64,000 nt of DNA from Leptogorgia sarmentosa (lineage: Eukaryota): NCBI GenBank assembly GCA_964658305.1, contig OZ210885.1:25234001-25298000 (forward strand), given 5' to 3'. The notes under the pieces are model-generated. The model saw nothing but the letters and a program-made list of their open reading frames with translations. It ran no database searches and was not told where the DNA came from. The translations under genes and the position numbers were made by a program. Positions 62,761 to 64,000 of this stretch are shown here, piece after piece. Within the stretch, counting starts at the first letter, position 1; every line of letters starts with the position of its first letter.

Positions 62761-64000
62761 CAGTGTTTCCATTTGCAAGGATTTTTCCTTGCAAAAGGAA
62801 TTTTTGCCCTTTGCAAAGACAAATGCAAGGAATTCAAAAACAGAAGGAATTGGCAAGGAAAAATGACTTTGCTGAAGGAATTTTCCAGGATATTTGTTAA
62901 ATGTTGAAAAATAGTGCAAACTCCAGCCAAAATCTAACATTTTCGATATAATATAATAATGTAAAAAGTCATCAATGTACAATAAACGATCATGGAGGAC
63001 ATTGAGGGCATATTGGGGATATGTCATATATGCCACAACTTCATTTAATACTCCTGATGTATATAAAGTCCAGTTTCGCTATTTGTTTCTCTACCACTAA
63101 ATTTAAATCTACCGCTTTATGAATATGGATGTGATGATTCATGATTCAGATTCTTCTGTAAGTTCTGTGGAAGAACAACTTGAAGAGGAGGGACATGGCA
63201 GTAGTGCCACCTCCTCGAATTCCAGAATTAAACGTAAACGTCCCAAGCATGTCCAAGCATTTGTGGACAGTTGGTTGAGTGACAAGCAATTCGAAGGGTG
63301 GTTGTGCAAGAGAATTGGCAGAGGTAATACTTGCCAACCATATTGTAAGGTGTGTGACAAGTTTTTGACATGCTCAAAGACTGGTTTAAAGCGACATCTA
63401 GCCACATATTTGCACCAGAAACGAAGTGCAACAACCGAAAACACATCTACCATCACTAGTCTTTTTACAAAAGCTGCAACAAAAGAACAATCTAGTTCCA
63501 TGGAGATTAAATTATGTGCATTCATTGCGGAACATAATTTACCCATATCTTTGTCAGATGATATGCTAGAATTTCTTAAATCACTTTTTCCACTGGATAA
63601 CATTCTGAAAAACGTTTCCCTTGGGAAACAGAAAGCCACCAACGTGCTGCGACAAGTTCTTGGCTTCGATTATTTAAAGGAGGCAGTATCGACCCTGCGC
63701 TCCAGAAAATTCAGCTTTATCATCGATCAAACAACTGACAAGAGTACAGCCAAGCAGCTTGCTATCCTGGCGACATATTTTGACTTGGAAAGTTTCAAAT
63801 CCAAGCAGTTTTTGCTAGACATGATTGAAGTTGAAGATGGGACAGCAACAGGCATTTATACAGCAGTTAAGCAGTCATTTGCTGATTTGCATGTTCCGAT
63901 GAATAACATCATCGGTTATTCTTCAGATACAATGAATGTCATGTTCGGGCAGTTCAATTCAGTCGCTCAGCTTTTAAAAGCAGATTTTCCAGATGTCATC
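62761..64000 (+). mobile_element. Left part of a hAT transposon running off the window
   Basis: CAGTGTTTCC terminus, GCAAGGA subterminal repeats, then a transposase ORF. Confidence 0.7.
63119..64000 (+). CDS. hAT transposase, N-terminal part (open at window end, absent from ORF track)
   Basis: Open frame with W..WL..YCKVC..LKRH..H zinc finger, FIAEHNLP, FSFIIDQTTD and GYSSDTMNVM. Confidence 0.85.
   Translation, partial: MNMDVMIHDSDSSVSSVEEQLEEEGHGSSATSSNSRIKRKRPKHVQAFVDSWLSDKQFEGWLCKRIGRGNTCQPYCKVCDKFLTCSKTGLKRHLATYLHQKRSATTENTSTITSLFTKAATKEQSSSMEIKLCAFIAEHNLPISLSDDMLEFLKSLFPLDNILKNVSLGKQKATNVLRQVLGFDYLKEAVSTLRSRKFSFIIDQTTDKSTAKQLAILATYFDLESFKSKQFLLDMIEVEDGTATGIYTAVKQSFADLHVPMNNIIGYSSDTMNVMFGQFNSVAQLLKADFPDVI

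Overview
AT-rich eukaryotic DNA, probably a marine invertebrate such as a cnidarian (inferred only from the transposon families). It is almost entirely nested mobile DNA, with no clear housekeeping gene. Recognisable parts: two degraded multi-exon genes with GTF2I-like repeats, a ~180-bp satellite split by a LINE and by nested MITE/Sola3/MITE insertions, and an intron-rich KDZ transposase pseudogene split by a divergent hAT-like element. There is also a HECT-ligase pseudogene facing an IS3EU-like integrase, several hAT elements (one with an intact 4-exon transposase), Penelope remnants with hammerhead motifs, tRNA-derived palindromic elements and many MITEs. The main candidate novel system is a 6.9-kb insertion (17500-24386) that cleanly splits a Gly-rich coding repeat. 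It carries a C2H2/tyrosine-recombinase/TRF-like Myb gene and a convergent, intact, 3-exon superfamily-3 helicase gene. Between them lies a ~1.3-kb palindromic region with iterons and TTAGGG-containing hairpins. All family calls come from motif recognition by eye; no database search was run.
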